NCBI GenBank assembly: GCA_050013315.1
Contig: JBEKFM010000009.1
Location: forward strand, 148 to 64,147
From: Candidatus Bathyarchaeia archaeon
GTDB taxonomy: Archaea; Thermoproteota; Bathyarchaeia; Bathyarchaeales; Bathycorpusculaceae
Length of the DNA stretch: 64,000 bases
Direction of reading: 5' to 3'
Shown: positions 1 through 8,952 of the stretch, in pieces
How the letters are laid out: each line of letters starts with the position of its first letter
How positions within the stretch are numbered: the stretch's first letter is position 1
Program-made: the position numbers and the translations under genes
The notes under the pieces: model-generated
Database searches by the model: none
What the model was told of the DNA's origin: nothing
Seen by the model: only the letters and a program-made list of their open reading frames with translations

Positions 1-390
1 CTCTAGCTCAACTCTTTCTGGCTTACGTTTACGGGGCTGTCACCCTCTATGGCGAGCCATTTCAGGCCACTTCAGCTTAACCAACGAAGAGGAAGCCAGG
101 CCCTTAACCCTACATCTCCCGTGCTTTTCAGCATGGGATTCGGTTTGGACTTTTCCCAGTTCGCTCGCTGCTACTAAGGGAATCCCGTGTTTGGTTTCTT
201 TTCCTCCCCCTACTAAGATGCTTCCGTTCGGGGGGTTCCCGCTCCGTGAAGGAGCATTATCTAGGAAGTCCCATTCAGGTACCCCCGGTTCTAAGGCTGC
301 GTGCGCCTACCCGGGGCGGTATCGCGGCTTGCCGCGCCCTTCTTCGGCTCTCAAGCCGAGCCATCCTCCAGACAGCGTGGCATGTTCGGG
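1..390 (-). rRNA. rrl: 23S rRNA, 5' portion (runs off window); exact 5' end approximate
   Basis: Reverse complement reads GGAGGATGGCTCGGCTTGAG...GAAGCATCTTAGTAGGGGGAGGAAAAGAAACCAA, archaeal 23S domain I signatures. Confidence 0.97.
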
Positions 391-600
391 CCAATGGTAG
401 TGTCTGTTTGGCGTTTGGTGAAACACATTTCGTATTTGTGTTGCGTCGTTAATTGTTTGGCCTATGCATGGTGTCATTTTGATCCTCGCGTGTGTTTGCG
501 AAGTCAGTTCACCCTTCACTCCTCATCAATGTGGTGGGGAGTTGCATCTATTTGATGGTATAACCCATATTGCTGAATTGCATTAGAAGCGGATTTCGCT

Positions 601-636
601 AATATAAGGATTACGTTGATAGATAATAAGGTTTGT
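601..636 (-). promoter_or_regulatory. Putative rRNA promoter(s), BRE/TATA
   Basis: Minus-strand CTTATTAT (630-623) and CTTATATT (608-601) ~210-240 nt upstream of the 23S. Confidence 0.45.
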
Positions 637-1166
637 TGAAAGATGATTTTTAGCGGCGGAGTATTTTCTTGTTGGTTCGAGGGTTGGTTTTATAAATTGG
701 GTCTTTCTATTCCTGATGTTACGGTTTGTTTAGCTTTGTATATTTCTAGAGTTTATTGCTACTTTAAAAGTCATTGGTGCTCGAAAAAACTATCGCCCTC
801 CCCCTATACAGGCGTCTAAAGTTGGCTCATCGAAAAGCAACTTTGAGCTGGGACATCGAAAACATGCACTACTTCTATTAGCTTTTGTTGTTTCTTGTGA
901 AATGTGGTAGGCAAGCTTGGAAGGCATATTTAGGAGTTTTTGTTTGTTAATGGCGGAATTCGCAGGCGGAGAAGGGTGCAAGTAAGTGTCTATTGGTCTG
1001 TTGAAATTAGAAAGCGAATTAATGAAAACAAATATCAGGATCAAAACAATACGGAAATAATGGCTTATTTTAGAATAGTGGAAAAAAGCATCAACTATTT
1101 TTAGTAGTAACTTTTATTTGTGTAATCTTTTATGTCATGGTGTAAAACTGTGCGGTTTTACCGTGT

Positions 1167-1240
1167 GCCTCGATAGCTCAGCCCGGTAGAGCGGCTGCCT
1201 TGTAAGCAGCAGGCCGCGGGATCAAGGCCCGCTCGAGGCT
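1167..1240 (+). tRNA. tRNA-Thr(TGT)
   Basis: Cloverleaf: acceptor GCCTCGA/TCGAGGC, anticodon arm GCTGC-CTTGTAA-GCAGC, T arm GCGGG/CCCGC. Confidence 0.95.
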
Positions 1241-1447
1241 CCTCTATTTTTTACTATGTGACCACGATCAGTTTTTCTAACCTTCATTAAACGCTTTCAG
1301 TTTTCGGTCTTTAGACGTACCAAGTTAATTCTTAAAATTTGAAACGAAAAAGGAAAAACTGCGAGGGCACTATAGAGAAGTGTTTTGAAGCTTTAAAAAG
1401 TAGAAAAGCTTCGATCCGATTTAGGCAACCCGTTCAAGGCGTTTGTT

Positions 1448-1678
1448 TTATTCTAGTAGTTCTGTTTCGTCCTCTTTGCCTGATTTCGGAGTCTTGCCTG
1501 TTAGTTTGTATTTACGAGCTTTGGTTTCTATTAATTCGTGTTCGAAGAGCTTGCGGAGTGATTTGAAGATTTTTTTGGATGTTTCACCTGTCTTGTCAGT
1601 TAACTCTTGGAGGGTTAATTCTTTGCTTTCTTTTTTTAGTGTCTTAATTATTAGTTCATCGGTTTTGTTGAGTTTCAT
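1448..1678 (-). CDS. Small winged-helix DNA-binding protein
   Basis: LTLQELTDKTG...IFKSLRKLFEHELIE wHTH pattern. Confidence 0.75.
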   Translation of the reverse strand: MKLNKTDELIIKTLKKESKELTLQELTDKTGETSKKIFKSLRKLFEHELIETKARKYKLTGKTPKSGKEDETELLE

Positions 1679-2032
1679 TCTCGTGGGCCTTCTTACTCTA
1701 TTTCTTTGTGTTATGGTACTGTGGGCTTTTTCAATTTTGCGGTCAACGCCAAAACAAAATGTTTATTGTTAATGCGAAAACCTCAATTTCTCTTGAAAAT
1801 CAAAGTATTTATGCTTAGATTTTGCGTTTTCAGGTCAAATGCTTTAGTGGTTGCACCTTTATGGGTAATAAACGATAAGTCAAACATTAACGTTCGCTTA
1901 ACTCGAGTTGCTACGAGCGCTCAAGATTTAGTCTCTTACATATAACCGTCAAAATTAAAATCCGTACGCATCCAATGTGCCCTTTCATTTCAGAAGACCA
2001 TGTTTCAGCTTTCCTTAGCAACTCAACAAACA

Positions 2033-2656
2033 CTATTCAGTTAGATGTTGTCCCGTGAGCACTCGGAACCCGCTTTCTCTTGCAAGAACTGTGCAGTTCC
2101 CAAAGGTTTCGTTGAAAACAGAAGGTAACGTTTTGGCGCCGATTTTAGATCGAATAACCATTTGGAAACTGGCCTTATCCGCCATGTTTTTTGGGGCTTC
2201 TTTCACTATGGCTTTGACCGTGTCCATACCAGCACTTACAGGTGGATTCGAAAGAACACAATTGAACTCTTCTTCTTCAACGGGTTCATATAAGTAGCCA
2301 TAACGTACTTCAGCATTAACTATCTTGTTTAATTCAACATTTTTTCTTGTCAAATGGACAGCCCTCATGTTCACGTCTGTCATGATTATGCTTAGTTTTG
2401 GATTAAGCGCGGCCGCAGCTATCCCAACAACACCATACCCGCAACCGATATCAAGTACGTAGCCTGTTTTCGGTAGAACCATAGATTCGATTAGAAGTCG
2501 GGTGCCTGGATCAACTCGTCTCTTCGAAAAAACGCTTGAAGCGGTCAAAAACTCGAAGGATTTGCCTCGAAGGCAAGTTCGAACTAAACCGAACCTTACT
2601 TCAGACTTGGGAGCAAGTGCAAAATAATGTTCCAAGTCCTTATTGTTTCTGCTCAT
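2033..2656 (-). CDS. Class I SAM-dependent methyltransferase (RsmC/MTS-like)
   Basis: VFS..VDPGTRLL, LDIGCGYG, SNPP motifs. Confidence 0.9.
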   Translation of the reverse strand: MSRNNKDLEHYFALAPKSEVRFGLVRTCLRGKSFEFLTASSVFSKRRVDPGTRLLIESMVLPKTGYVLDIGCGYGVVGIAAAALNPKLSIIMTDVNMRAVHLTRKNVELNKIVNAEVRYGYLYEPVEEEEFNCVLSNPPVSAGMDTVKAIVKEAPKNMADKASFQMVIRSKIGAKTLPSVFNETFGNCTVLARESGFRVLTGQHLTE

Positions 2657-3687
2657 TCACGTTACCGCTTTTCCAAACTTTTGGATAAGTGCCCCTCGGC
2701 ATCAATACTCTCTGGAGGGCAGCAATAGCGCTATGCTTTAAAGTTAATATTTCCTCGGTCGAGGCAAGTGCTTTCGCCAACGCCACTGCTTCACCTTTCA
2801 ATGTAAAAATAGTCAGAATCGAATCTTTTTCAATGTTGGTTTCAACCGATAAAACGCCTGGAGCCGCCAAGTTTGCCCCGTGACAAAGAGCGTCAACAGC
2901 TGAGTCGCGAATGACAATTTTCGGAAGCAGAGTTAACGCGCTTTCCATTGGTTCAATGAATTTGTGGAGGATTGTTTCGTCTTTTTTCTGTTCCCATTCC
3001 CCGAACCAGTAGGCCACATCATGCAAGGTAACTTTTGTAGCGCTAGACTCGATGAATGATCCTGAGCGTGTTCTGCGTAGTTCTTGCATGTGGGCGCCGA
3101 CGCCGAGGATTTCGCCTATGTCAAAACAGAGTTTTCGGATGTATGTTCCAGCTTCGCAGCCAACTTTGAAGAGAACGTTGCGTCCGTCAAGCTCCAAATA
3201 GTCTATGTAGTATATGCGTCTGGTTCTTATTTGCCGTTTAACCGATGAGCGTAAGGGTGGGCGCTGGTAAATCAGGTCCTCGAATTCTTTGAGAACCGGT
3301 TTAATTTGTTCTTCTTCCACGTTCCCATGAAGTTTCATCACACAAACATACTCTTTGCCGCTGTAGAGGAACGCCTGAACTACCTTCGTGGCGTCCTCTA
3401 AGGTGATGGGCAAAATGCCGGTCACTTTGGGATTTCTCTGGCTTGTTGCTTTAAGCCTCTAGAGTTCCGCCGTGACCGATACCTTTGACATGCATGATTT
3501 TTTTTACCCATGCGGCTACTTCGTGGCTTGTCGGACCAGCCGGTTTGTCGAGGTTTATCGTGCCGTATTGGATGTATTCTTTGGCTGGTCTTTCAGAGGG
3601 CGCATGCCCATACTTTGGGTTGGTCGTGTCCTCTGCTTTAGTCAAAAGTTCACGTTTGATTTCCCATGGAGGGATTGTTCTAGGCAT
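2640..3687 (-). CDS. cbf5: Cbf5 H/ACA pseudouridine synthase, split by a 25-nt intron (exons 3687-3459 and 3433-2640; 340 aa spliced)
   Basis: LDKPAGPTSHEV, GHGGTL|DPKVTG restored by splicing, GTYIRKLC, C-terminal PUA domain. Confidence 0.95.
3434..3458 (-). other. BHB-type mRNA intron in cbf5
   Basis: CTCT/AGAG central helix, AGA and AAA bulges, GGCTT/AAGCC intron stem; removal recreates the catalytic Asp codon GAT and the frame. Confidence 0.92.
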
Positions 3688-3751
3688 CTTTGCGTTTTCT
3701 CTCCTAACTAAGTGTTAAGAAAAAGATATTTGAGGTAATTAAAGGTTAAAA

Positions 3752-4030
3752 TTATGCGGTTTTTACGGTTTGCGTCATTTCTTGCAGTTTGCCTGTAGCC
3801 TCTAAGACTTGGGCAACTTCCTCGTCGGATGCTCCCCTTTTAACTTCAATCTTATCTTGGAGAGGCATAATATGGTTTATGTTTACTCTTCTCCGTTTGA
3901 CGCCTGTGATTTTTTTTGGACCTGTTACTAAAACGAAGCTTTTGTCCATTACATCTATTACGACGCATTTTTTGCCGTTCTCTCGACCTGATTGTTTTAC
4001 GCAGATTCTGCCAACTTCTATGGCGGGCAT
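3752..4030 (-). CDS. rpl14e: 50S ribosomal protein L14e
   Basis: [46 protein letters not shown]. Confidence 0.95.
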   Translation of the reverse strand: MPAIEVGRICVKQSGRENGKKCVVIDVMDKSFVLVTGPKKITGVKRRRVNINHIMPLQDKIEVKRGASDEEVAQVLEATGKLQEMTQTVKTA

Positions 4031-4224
4031 CTTTTCAGTCTCCTTAAAAACAAAATACAACAATCCGCACATATAAGCATAACATTGCTCAACTTGGCAA
4101 AATTCGCTCACTCGCCTACAAATATTTTATTATGTTGGCACAAAAAAGTTCAAACAAAGAACCAGCCATGAAAAGTGAATGCAAAAAACTTAAACAATAC
4201 TGTGTTGTCAGTTACGTTGCTGGT

Positions 4225-4344
4225 GCGAGGGTATCCGAGCCAGGTCTAAATAGGCGGCCAGATTAAGATTGCCTAAGATATGGAGGAGGACTTAAGATCC
4301 TCTGGCGAAGGCCTTCGTGGGTTCAAGTCCCACCCCTCGCACCA
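4225..4344 (+). tRNA. tRNA-Leu(TAA) with 32-nt D-loop intron (4250-4281), CCA encoded
   Basis: Acceptor GCGAGGG/CCCTCGC, anticodon arm GAGGA-CTTAAGA-TCCTC, long variable arm, BHB (GTCT/AGAT with AAA and ATG bulges) in the D arm. Confidence 0.93.
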
Positions 4345-4497
4345 ATGACCGGTCTCCTCACAGAAATTGTCAGAGTTTGGACTATGGTTTTTAGATCGTT
4401 GAAATGGAAATTCAAAGATTGAACGTAAACTCAAGTACTTAGGAAGCTTTGTTTTCTGGAAAGCTCTTTATAAGTTGCTTTTTTGGTTTAGGGATAT

Positions 4498-4537
4498 GCC
4501 GCAATTGTTACGGGTTTTGTGGTTTAGTTTAAACTCA
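4498..4537 (+). repeat. Left boundary arm (inverted partner of 18954-18992)
   Basis: GCCGCAATTGTTACGGGTTTTGTGGTTTAGTTTAAACTCA vs reverse complement of right arm GCCAGCAAAGTTGCGCCTTTTGGATTTAGTTTAAATTCA. Confidence 0.65.
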
Positions 4538-4556
4538 ATAGGCTAATGTCAGAGGT

Positions 4557-4579
4557 TGCTTAAAAAGAATACTTCAAAA
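4557..4579 (+). repeat. Cassette-junction repeat copy 1
   Basis: TGCTTAAAAAGAATACTTCAAAA, 21/23 identical to the 6678 copy. Confidence 0.7.
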
Positions 4580-4593
4580 AATGAAGAAAGATT

Positions 4594-4869
4594 CTATTTT
4601 GCCATGTAGTAATATGTTCCATTTATGAAATTCATTTTGATTTTTCCACAGGTTACCAAGTTGTTAAGAAGATAAGCGAATCCGAAAATTAAGATGCCAG
4701 ATGCTAAACCTTTCCAGAAATCATGAAAATCTGTTTGCAAGTTTATACCTTCCATTATTTCATCGCTTTCAAAAGCCTTGTTTCGATTTTTCTCCAAGAA
4801 CGAAATTATCTTTCTTTCAATGTTACCTAAAACTTTTCCAGAATCAAATTCATCTTTATCTATTGGCAT
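4594..4869 (-). CDS. Hypothetical protein, possible winged helix (MPIDKDEF N-terminus)
   Basis: SD GAGGTGA upstream; IISFLEKN..KAF...EI and L..LV..G.I..YY pattern. Confidence 0.7.
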   Translation of the reverse strand: MPIDKDEFDSGKVLGNIERKIISFLEKNRNKAFESDEIMEGINLQTDFHDFWKGLASGILIFGFAYLLNNLVTCGKIKMNFINGTYYYMAK

Positions 4870-4879
4870 TTTTTCACCT

Positions 4880-5431
4880 CTATTTTGGTGGTAACGGAGT
4901 TTTGAGAACTTCTTTCTTGACTACGCCAAAGATTGTTAAGCCTACTCCGACTAAAGCAAGAGCTATTCCGAGATAAGCGAATTCGAAAGGAATCAACTGA
5001 TTGTTTGTGGTTACATCTCTATAAGCGGTTGTAGTCCAGTTTTTGGTTATAAGTACGGTGACATCTTTTGAAGTTATAGTGCTAAAACTATTATCGTAAA
5101 CGAAATTATAGTTTGAACTTAGCGGAACAGTCCAATCCTTGTTTACCGTTGTGGCTCTGGAATAAGATAAGTATGTTGTTGAACCGTCATTAACAGAGAA
5201 ATCTATGTCCAGATTTCCACCCCCTGTTACTGTAACTTGAATGTTCAAATTATCTCCCGCGTTTAGATATGTTGTCTGAGTAGTGGTTGCGGGTGGAACT
5301 ATAAAAGAACTGTCAAATACTGATGAAGACTGTGGAACTTGATATGCTTGAGATACAGTTTTAGGAATGTAAACAAACGGCAATGCGATTAACAAAACTC
5401 CAATAATAAGGGTAAAAACACCTATACCCAC
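4880..5431 (-). CDS. Membrane protein with N- and C-terminal TM helices and a GOLD/emp24-like beta domain
   Basis: VTGGGNLDIDFSV, YNFVYDNSFSTITSKDV between two hydrophobic segments. Confidence 0.75.
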   Translation of the reverse strand: MGIGVFTLIIGVLLIALPFVYIPKTVSQAYQVPQSSSVFDSSFIVPPATTTQTTYLNAGDNLNIQVTVTGGGNLDIDFSVNDGSTTYLSYSRATTVNKDWTVPLSSNYNFVYDNSFSTITSKDVTVLITKNWTTTAYRDVTTNNQLIPFEFAYLGIALALVGVGLTIFGVVKKEVLKTPLPPK

Positions 5432-5538
5432 AATCGCTTTTTTTATTCCTCAAACCTCTTCCTCTATTCTACGCTATGTCCATTTAAGACTTTGCTAAGG
5501 GCTAAAAAAGAAACGACTCAATAAGTGTTATCTTAAAT

Positions 5539-5564
5539 TGATTAAAAAGGATATTTCAAAAGTT
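5539..5564 (+). repeat. Cassette-junction repeat copy 2 (contains the stop codon of 5556..5921)
   Basis: TGATTAAAAAGGATATTTCAAAAGTT, 25/26 identical to 6678-6703. Confidence 0.85.
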
Positions 5565-5921
5565 AGCGTTAAAATAGTTAGTACCCAGCGGAACATATAT
5601 CGAATATTGGGTAGACGTTGGGCTATAATATCCTTGAGGTTGATAAGTGATTGTGACTGTATAGGATTGATTTCCTACAAGCACCACGCTATAATCTCCA
5701 TTAGTGATAAGACCACTTGTTTCAACTGATTGCTTACTACCAAAAATACTGGAAAAAGATATTTCACTTGGGTTTTCTTCTTTCACATAACCCGATACCG
5801 TCACTTGATTATTTGTTCCTGTTCCATTTTGGGTAGGCAAATGAATAACTGGATAAACGGCTATTCCTAACACTAAACCAACAACTAAGCCGACTACGAC
5901 ACCTATGATTAATTTATTCAT
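5556..5921 (-). CDS. Membrane-anchored extracellular beta-sandwich protein
   Basis: N-terminal TM, Ser/Thr/Asn-rich beta strands (VTVSGYV...NGDYSVVL...YTVTI). Confidence 0.75.
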   Translation of the reverse strand: MNKLIIGVVVGLVVGLVLGIAVYPVIHLPTQNGTGTNNQVTVSGYVKEENPSEISFSSIFGSKQSVETSGLITNGDYSVVLVGNQSYTVTITYQPQGYYSPTSTQYSIYVPLGTNYFNANF

Positions 5922-5993
5922 TTTATCCAGCGAAGCGTTATTGTTGCATTTTACATTTAAGTTTTTGTATTTTTCAGCTTTCGGTCATTTCAA

Positions 5994-6542
5994 TTAGCTA
6001 TGAGTTTTGACGTACTCATCAGCGGCTTTTTCTGTTTCCGTTTTTCTAAGATAAGGTTCCATGCTTTTTACGAAATCCCATAATCTGCTTCTAAAATCGT
6101 CTATTGTTTTCATAGCATCTGCTTCTTTGTTCTGGTAATTTATGATTCCCTGAAGATTCCAGAAACGCTGTGCATACTCACTAAGTATTCCAAGTTGACT
6201 CTCCAAGTGCTCCACAAGTTTATCATCCAATTTCTCTGCATCAAGTCTAATGCTAATGTCATTAAACTTCATGATTAACAGACCCATTAAATGGTGAAAT
6301 TCCACATCCACTTTAAGACCGCTTTGTCCAGCGATAGCATACCCCTTCCCGTACCATATGTTAGATTCTATTTGGTTTTTAGTGCCTTCCAATGCTTCTT
6401 TAAACCTTCTCTCTATCTGTTCGGTTTTGTTTGAATCCCTCACTCGCCAACCCCCTTTTTTGGATTTAATCAAAATACGAATTTCTCTAATCATTTCTGC
6501 AATGTTATTGAAAGCCTTAAGTGCTTCGTTTGATTGTTCCAA
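5994..6542 (-). CDS. Hypothetical alpha-helical protein
   Basis: 182-aa ORF with own BRE/TATA-like AAAAACTTATA upstream. Confidence 0.7.
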   Translation of the reverse strand: MEQSNEALKAFNNIAEMIREIRILIKSKKGGWRVRDSNKTEQIERRFKEALEGTKNQIESNIWYGKGYAIAGQSGLKVDVEFHHLMGLLIMKFNDISIRLDAEKLDDKLVEHLESQLGILSEYAQRFWNLQGIINYQNKEADAMKTIDDFRSRLWDFVKSMEPYLRKTETEKAADEYVKTHS

Positions 6543-6666
6543 TGTTTCTCGTATTCTCTTAATCTGTTTCGGCTATAAGTTTTTGCTATTCTACTCTTTT
6601 ACCAAATTCTGCTTAATAATCACTCCATCGAATTTGATACTTGCCAAAACCAAACAAATCCTAAAT

Positions 6667-6703
6667 AATTAAACAACTGATTAAAAAGAATATTTCAAAA
6701 GTT
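6667..6703 (+). repeat. Cassette-junction repeat copy 3 (contains the stop codon of 6695..7171)
   Basis: AATTAAACAACTGATTAAAAAGAATATTTCAAAAGTT. Confidence 0.85.
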
Positions 6704-7171
6704 CCCACTTGTCTTTTTTATTATGACTGAAGCACTTTTTCCCCTTAAAAGTTGAGCTAAGTTTATTCCCTCTTCAAATCCTTTCTTAACTTCAGCCAAT
6801 TTAACTGTATTCCTTTCTCCTTTAGGGCGATTTCCAAATGAACGTGTTACTAAACGATGGATAATTAAGTTTCTCAATTGGTTAAACTCTTTCAGTCTTC
6901 TATATTCATTTTCATCAATGATTTTCTTACATTTAAGGCAATTCAATGAGTTTCCGAATCTATATTTGGTTTTAAAGAGAAGTTCCTCTGTTTTTGATGA
7001 ATCTACTATGCATCCATCTAACTGAATTAAGTTAGTCATCCACCAATCAATATAGGCATGAAGTAATGCGAAGGCTTCGACATATCTTGATTCATTAAAA
7101 GCCTCTTCTGCGCCTTTCAAAATATCGCCGTCTAAACACAACGTTCCATCATTTAACGTTATGGTTTTCAT
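6695..7171 (-). CDS. HEPN-domain protein (putative RNase toxin/defence effector)
   Basis: A...F....Y.EA..LL helix and Rx4H motif RNLIIH. Confidence 0.7.
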   Translation of the reverse strand: MKTITLNDGTLCLDGDILKGAEEAFNESRYVEAFALLHAYIDWWMTNLIQLDGCIVDSSKTEELLFKTKYRFGNSLNCLKCKKIIDENEYRRLKEFNQLRNLIIHRLVTRSFGNRPKGERNTVKLAEVKKGFEEGINLAQLLRGKSASVIIKKTSGNF

Positions 7172-7231
7172 ACTTTCCCAACCATTTTATTCTTTATCTA
7201 ACCAATTGCTTAAAACATTTGGCTTTATGTG

Positions 7232-7252
7232 AATTAAACAACTGATTAAAAA
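7232..7252 (+). repeat. 21-bp exact direct repeat of 6667-6687
   Basis: AATTAAACAACTGATTAAAAA on both sides of the HEPN gene. Confidence 0.9.
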
Positions 7253-7262
7253 CTCATAATTG

Positions 7263-7312
7263 CCCATAAGACTTAAATATGAGTAGCTACTCATTATTGA
7301 GTAGTGATTCAA
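7263..7312 (+). promoter_or_regulatory. BRE/TATA promoter with palindromic operator(s)
   Basis: CCCATAAGACTTAAATA (also at 7400-7416) abutting perfect palindrome ATGAGTAGCTACTCAT (7279-7294) and imperfect TTGAGTAGTGATTCAA. Confidence 0.6.
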
Positions 7313-7489
7313 TGCACTCAGGGGCGTTTGAACTGCAATTCAGCGCCTATCTTCCTTTTAACAAAGTTATTAAATTTCGTCTCTTTTCTAATAAAGTAAC
7401 CCATAAGACTTAAATACTTGAAAAGCAAATGTTTAAATATAAGTAAGCCATTGCAGTTTGGCTTTATAAAATATGGGGTGCATGAAGAA

Positions 7490-8209
7490 ATGACCTTAGC
7501 AAATGAGGCAATAACATTAGAATTCAAAGCCAACCGAGAAAGCAGACCAGCCCCTAAACCAAGAAAAAAGATAAACGGCAAGAAAGTTAAGCCACATCTA
7601 CATTACACGGGAACAGATGACCATTATTGTGAAGTAATGGGTAACGCGGGAGAAACCTATTCTAACGCCGCAAACTTAGAAGCGGGTTTAGACAGCCAAC
7701 ATAGAGACTTTAACCAACCTGAAAGCCACAGCGGAACAGATGTGACGGTAAAGTACGGTAACAGCAAAGCAGTAATAGAAGTAAAGAACTTAGCACTCAA
7801 CTTAGCCCACAGATGTTCAGCAAATTGGGTACTAAACGAAGTAATCAACAGAATTGACTTCTTAGACGGAAACCTACACATATTAGAAATATCGTACAGA
7901 AACATGCTCAGTAAACCAGCCCAAACCCTGTTAGCCGCATACGACATCCAAGTATTAGAGATAGGTTACCAAGTCCAACCACATAACCAACTGTTACAAA
8001 CCACATACGGACGACAGCAACGAACTAACTTAGGACAACAAATTAAGTCCCTACTAATCACCTATAATAACCTCAAAATAACGACACAAACAGTTGATGA
8101 AAGCGCCTATACAGGTTCGTTAGAGCCTACTTTTGAGGAAGGACTTACTACAGCAACGGTTCTAAGTGAAGAAACTACACAGTTTTTATATGGTGAGGGT
8201 AAACGATGA
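7490..8209 (+). CDS. PD-(D/E)xK-fold nuclease-like protein
   Basis: GE......GTDVTV...AVIEVKN motif; SD GGGGTG before ATG 7490. Confidence 0.65.
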   Translation: MTLANEAITLEFKANRESRPAPKPRKKINGKKVKPHLHYTGTDDHYCEVMGNAGETYSNAANLEAGLDSQHRDFNQPESHSGTDVTVKYGNSKAVIEVKNLALNLAHRCSANWVLNEVINRIDFLDGNLHILEISYRNMLSKPAQTLLAAYDIQVLEIGYQVQPHNQLLQTTYGRQQRTNLGQQIKSLLITYNNLKITTQTVDESAYTGSLEPTFEEGLTTATVLSEETTQFLYGEGKR

Positions 8210-8280
8210 ATCGTAATGACCGATTTAAACAAAATTGGCTTAGTGTTGCTAAAGCTGTGAAGGTTAGCGGTAACTATTGA
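8206..8280 (+). CDS. Translationally coupled mini-ORF (24 aa)
   Basis: ATGA overlap with the upstream stop and TTGA overlap with the downstream start. Confidence 0.35.
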   Translation: MNRNDRFKQNWLSVAKAVKVSGNY

Positions 8281-8777
8281 ACGACATAAAAATTAACCCT
8301 CTATTTCAACTATGGGGAGAGCCATATCCGTCCCGTGGTTACAATCCAGCGTTGAATGATGGAATCAATCCATTCAAGAAGCATCCGAGTTTTCGTTATA
8401 CTGGAAAATATATAAACTACACTTTAATGACTCCCGAACAAATCAAACTCTTCAAAGCCCACCGTTGTGAACTGAGTAAGAAATATAACGCAAAAAGACG
8501 AAGAGGTTTAGGCTTTATTCCCATTAACAAACCATTTAAAGATTCACATGGACATCATATTGATAAGGAGTGTATAGTCTATATTCCCGAACAACTTCAT
8601 ACTTCTATTTCTCATAACGTTTGGACGGGTAAAGGCATCAACGACATTAATGCTAAAACTCTCGATTGGTTAGGCATCAAACCACTTACATTAGCAGAGA
8701 TAATTTCGCTTCCTCAATTAACATTAACCGTTAAACAATACCGTAACCAATCACTTAACCAAACAATACCACAATAG
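8277..8777 (+). CDS. HNH-like (His-Me finger) endonuclease
   Basis: GHHID...VYIP..LH...H pattern. Confidence 0.55.
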   Translation: MNDIKINPLFQLWGEPYPSRGYNPALNDGINPFKKHPSFRYTGKYINYTLMTPEQIKLFKAHRCELSKKYNAKRRRGLGFIPINKPFKDSHGHHIDKECIVYIPEQLHTSISHNVWTGKGINDINAKTLDWLGIKPLTLAEIISLPQLTLTVKQYRNQSLNQTIPQ

Positions 8778-8952
8778 AGCAAATATACCTACGTCCTTGT
8801 CTTCATTCCTTGTTGTCGGTTGGGTGGCTTGTTAATCAGTTGTTTAACTAATTGGGGATTGTAATCAGTTGGTTAATTGGTTGTTGGTGGTTAAGATGGG
8901 GATGGGGATATTCCCGACCCAGAGCCATAGACTAATTAATCTAACTAACAGT

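Noticed and set aside
191-555. ORFs overlapping the 23S gene and its leader
   Set aside because: Shadow ORFs of rRNA sequence
2640-3687. cbf5 as a pseudogene or two genes
   Set aside because: A BHB intron explains the break exactly
4290-4344. tRNA-Leu 3' end as the att site of the element
   Set aside because: No second copy seen near the integrase or elsewhere by eye
5432-5453. Programmed frameshift or phase variation at an A7 run (upstream TTG would give MRNKKAIVG)
   Set aside because: An in-frame GTG start suffices; cannot be distinguished from a homopolymer error
4557-7252. Classical integron with attC sites
   Set aside because: Repeats lack RYYYAAC/GTTRRRY ends and bottom-strand hairpins; genes carry their own promoters; the integrase is 10 kb away and shows no evident IntI insertion
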